This document shows, piece by piece, positions 61,709 to 64,000 of a DNA stretch of 64,000 nt (positions are counted from its first letter, which is position 1; every line of letters starts with the position of its first letter). A program made the position numbers and the translations under genes. Source of the DNA: a virus. The notes beneath the pieces were generated by a model, which was not told where the DNA came from, ran no database searches, and worked only from the letters and a program-made list of their open reading frames with translations. The stretch is from IMG/VR virus record IMGVR_UViG_3300010373_000005, positions 1-64,000 of that record; one strand, 5' to 3'.

Positions 61709-62340
61709 CGCGCCTCCTGCCAGGAGAGCTTCTCAGGAGAAGTCTCCTCGCCGGGGAGCGACACGAACTTGGCACGTGGGCGCTGGCACTCGTGCGGCAC
61801 TGCCTCCCAGAAGTACACGGCCAGCGACTTCCTGAGCACGCCCGGAGGGCACGGGATGGGTCGTGGCACACCGTGGTAGGAGAAGTCGTTCGTCTGGAAC
61901 GCGACCAGCCTGTTACGCCTGGGCAGCACGCTGGCCTGCTTCTTGCCCTCCCAGAACTCGAGCCCACCGCCCCACTCTGCCGACCACTCGCCGACGAAGA
62001 GCACGAGGTTGAGGGCCCGCCTGAAGCCGGTCCTCGGGTGCACGTCGCAGTCGAGATGCAGGTCGAGCACCCCGCCCGACGGCATCGCGTGCATGCCACC
62101 GCCGTGCAGCGTCTCGTCTGTGGTCAGTCCCGCGGGGCAAAGAAGCTGCAGCTGGGCAAGAAGGGAAGCACATACGGGTGGTACTGCCTTATTAGCCGCG
62201 AGCTTTCGCTCGCCAGGGCTGTCGTACTTGACCCACCCCTCCCAAGACTCGTCCGGAAATTCCTCCGAAGCTTGAGCGACCAGTCCGGCATCGAGCGCCC
62301 CGTCGTAGACATCCCAATAGAAGTCATCGCCTCCCGCCAT
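61696..62340 (-). CDS. 2OG-Fe(II) oxygenase (prolyl-4-hydroxylase-like)
   Basis: ATG at 62340. HxD in VLDLHLDCD, distal His in FSYHGV, and WGGGLEFW...RLVAFQ jelly-roll strands. Confidence 0.7.
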   Translation of the reverse strand: MAGGDDFYWDVYDGALDAGLVAQASEEFPDESWEGWVKYDSPGERKLAANKAVPPVCASLLAQLQLLCPAGLTTDETLHGGGMHAMPSGGVLDLHLDCDVHPRTGFRRALNLVLFVGEWSAEWGGGLEFWEGKKQASVLPRRNRLVAFQTNDFSYHGVPRPIPCPPGVLRKSLAVYFWEAVPHECQRPRAKFVSLPGEETSPEKLSWQEARCRS

Positions 62341-63053
62341 GACTCGAAGAGGGGCCAGACCCGCTCCCTCCAGTATGGCAGGTCGTACGGGTTGCGGTCC
62401 CCCTGCTCGAACAGGCATGCCGTCTCCTTCCTCGTGAAGTGCCTCGAGGGCCATATCTCTACTCCATGTGAGTTCTGATCAATTTCCTCCCAGTCTCGCG
62501 ACCGGACTGCCTCGTTGTCGAACCAGAAGAACGTGCCCGAGTAGTGCCACGGCACCACCTGCTGCACCCCGCTGAAGTAGCACTGCGGGCGTCGGAAACA
62601 CCCGGCCATGTGGTGCTCTTCCATGGCCGCGTCTAGTAATTTAGGCCAGTCCAGGCACACGTGCGTCATGACGTCGACCCACAGCCTGACAGACTCGTAG
62701 CACGCCTGCTGGTGCGTGTGCGTGACTCCCTTCGCGTGACAGTAGAAAGTCCTGCCCGGCTGGTCGACTACGGCGCGCACCAGCGGACGCCACGTCACCA
62801 CCTCCCTGAGCTGCGGGTCGTTGTCGTAGATCTCTATCTCCGCGTCGGGAGGAAGCTCGTCTGCCACCTCCTGCGGGTCGGCCGTCTCGACCGTTATGTC
62901 TTCGGTGACAACCACGGGCTCGGCAGACGTGACCACTGCGACGACCTTCTTCCCGTCGAACTGGTCCCAGCGCTCCGCCAGCATGCGCAGCAGGCGCTGC
63001 CACTCGGAGCTGGTCTTCACCGGCCAGACGTGAACCAGGAGATGACTCTTCAC
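62124..63053 (-). CDS. hypothetical protein of the modification cluster
   Basis: The GTG at 63053 overlaps the MTase stop (GTGA). HLLVHVWPV, FYCHAKGVTH and YSGTFFWF motifs. The last 72 or so codons run out of frame into the oxygenase gene. Confidence 0.5.
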   Translation of the reverse strand: MKSHLLVHVWPVKTSSEWQRLLRMLAERWDQFDGKKVVAVVTSAEPVVVTEDITVETADPQEVADELPPDAEIEIYDNDPQLREVVTWRPLVRAVVDQPGRTFYCHAKGVTHTHQQACYESVRLWVDVMTHVCLDWPKLLDAAMEEHHMAGCFRRPQCYFSGVQQVVPWHYSGTFFWFDNEAVRSRDWEEIDQNSHGVEIWPSRHFTRKETACLFEQGDRNPYDLPYWRERVWPLFESWREAMTSIGMSTTGRSMPDWSLKLRRNFRTSLGRGGSSTTALASESSRLIRQYHPYVLPFLPSCSFFAPRD

Positions 63054-63577
63054 AGGCTGCACTCCTCCACCCGGAGGTGGAACCTGTTCTCGTGCCTCGT
63101 CCTGGGAAGCCACGTCATTATGTCGAGGTCACTCCACTGCCTGAACAGCGGGTTGGCACGCGCCATAGGGAACCAGTAGTCGTCGCAGCCTGGCTCGATG
63201 CGCTCGATGCGCAGCCTGCGCGGGTATCCCCCGAAGAAGATCTGCGGGAATACGTCGCTCATGTGACGAAAGAAGTTGATCGACACGACGCCCTCGTGGC
63301 CGATCACCATGGCCATCTCGCTGGTCGCGTCTGGGCACCGGATCTCGACGGTAGCTCCTACCTTGCAGACGCGGGCCACCTCGCGCAGGAACGTGATAGG
63401 GCACCTGACGTGCTCGATGCAGTGGCTGGAGTACAGCTGGTCGACGGACGCGTCCTCGAACGGCCACGGGGTGTCGTTAAGGTCGTGCACCATGTCGGCG
63501 CACGCCAGCATGTCTACGTTCACGAAGCCCTCGCCCCTGGGCCTGTCACCGCCGCCTATCTCGATCTTGAGTGTCAA
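63050..63577 (-). CDS. class I SAM-dependent methyltransferase
   Basis: TTG start with an AGGAGG RBS 6 nt upstream. LKIEIGGGDRPRGEGFVNVD (motif I) and VDQLYSSHCIEHV. Confidence 0.7.
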   Translation of the reverse strand: MTLKIEIGGGDRPRGEGFVNVDMLACADMVHDLNDTPWPFEDASVDQLYSSHCIEHVRCPITFLREVARVCKVGATVEIRCPDATSEMAMVIGHEGVVSINFFRHMSDVFPQIFFGGYPRRLRIERIEPGCDDYWFPMARANPLFRQWSDLDIMTWLPRTRHENRFHLRVEECSL

Positions 63578-63605
63578 CGCTCACCTCCTGTATATGCTTG
63601 ATCCA

Positions 63606-64000
63606 TCACGGAAACTCCCGATGCCTGGGGCCTTCGACATCCCCTGCCACTATTGCTAATGCTTTATTGAATTCATGAAGACGACAGCAGTGCTGACACT
63701 CCGGTATGACGTCGACGCCGTTCCTGACCATGTCGCACCGGCGCTCTCCGAGCCATATCTCGTCGAACCTCTCGTCGTGCAGGTTACCGAACGTGAAGGC
63801 CTCCTGACCTCGGTGGTACGCGCACACGGATACACTACCATCATGCCAGACAAACGGAATAATCCTATGACCATGACATTTAGGATACTCGTGAGGCTTG
63901 AGATAGTCCTTCCACTTATAAGAAGTAGACTCGATCTCGACTCCGCAATTCACGTACTCCTCCAGCCATGTCGGGAATGTCACTGGCTGCTGCAGCGCGA
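63606..64000 (-). CDS. radical-SAM-type protein, C-terminal (SPASM/twitch-like) part, 5' end outside window
   Basis: The frame stays open to the window edge upstream of the GTG at 63983. Cys-rich C-terminus: CHGH...VCAYH...CDM...ECQHCC. Confidence 0.4.
   Translation of the reverse strand, partial: ALQQPVTFPTWLEEYVNCGVEIESTSYKWKDYLKPHEYPKCHGHRIIPFVWHDGSVSVCAYHRGQEAFTFGNLHDERFDEIWLGERRCDMVRNGVDVIPECQHCCRLHEFNKALAIVAGDVEGPRHREFP

Overview
A 64-kb stretch of a GC-rich tailed dsDNA phage or prophage genome. GC content was judged by eye and not computed. Every gene I can support, about 100 in all, lies on the minus strand. Most are joined by 1-nt or 4-nt stop/start overlaps (ATGA, GTGA, TGATG). 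Nearly all plus-strand ORFs in the track look like antisense shadows of GC-rich coding sequence.

Gene order in the direction of transcription, from high to low coordinates:
- 64000-60800: a sugar/small-molecule modification cluster. It holds a radical-SAM/SPASM fragment, a SAM methyltransferase, an unknown protein, a 2OG-Fe(II) oxygenase and a GT-A-like transferase.
- 60766-49350: the replication module. It holds two proteins with acidic C-termini ending in Phe, a primase/MCM-like helicase, a MazG-like pyrophosphatase, a C5-MTase-fold enzyme, a ThyA-like enzyme, a P-loop kinase and a family A DNA polymerase flanked by two low-GC HNH homing endonuclease genes.
- 48783-48213: a 570-nt non-coding region rich in hairpins.
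- 48212-37000: about 35 small genes of unknown function. They include a three-member Lys-rich/coiled-coil family, a Gly-Tyr-Asp repeat protein and an HExxH peptidase.
- 36947-27542: an SNF2 helicase, a third HNH gene, two glycosyltransferases flanking a tRNA-like element, a SET-domain protein, a VRR-NUC nuclease, ThyX and an XRE regulator.
- 26673-26924: an AT-rich segment bounded by a perfect 33-bp inverted repeat.
- 26635-18306: a GNAT, a sigma-70/ECF-like factor and other genes.
- 18304-9008: a packaging/virion block. It holds a 1394-aa polyvalent protein (ParB-like + HU/IHF + GNAT + three Gly-zipper TM repeats), TerL, a His-rich 775-aa protein and the portal.
- 8994-4473: a secreted/membrane cluster with a papain-like peptidase and a lipoprotein.
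- 4265-1: tail-fibre-like genes.

I found no rRNA, CRISPR array, integrase, reverse transcriptase or canonical tRNA.

The most interesting hypothesis is a distributed cytosine-hypermodification toolkit, with its core at 51784-55479. All family assignments come from motifs read by eye. None was checked against a database.
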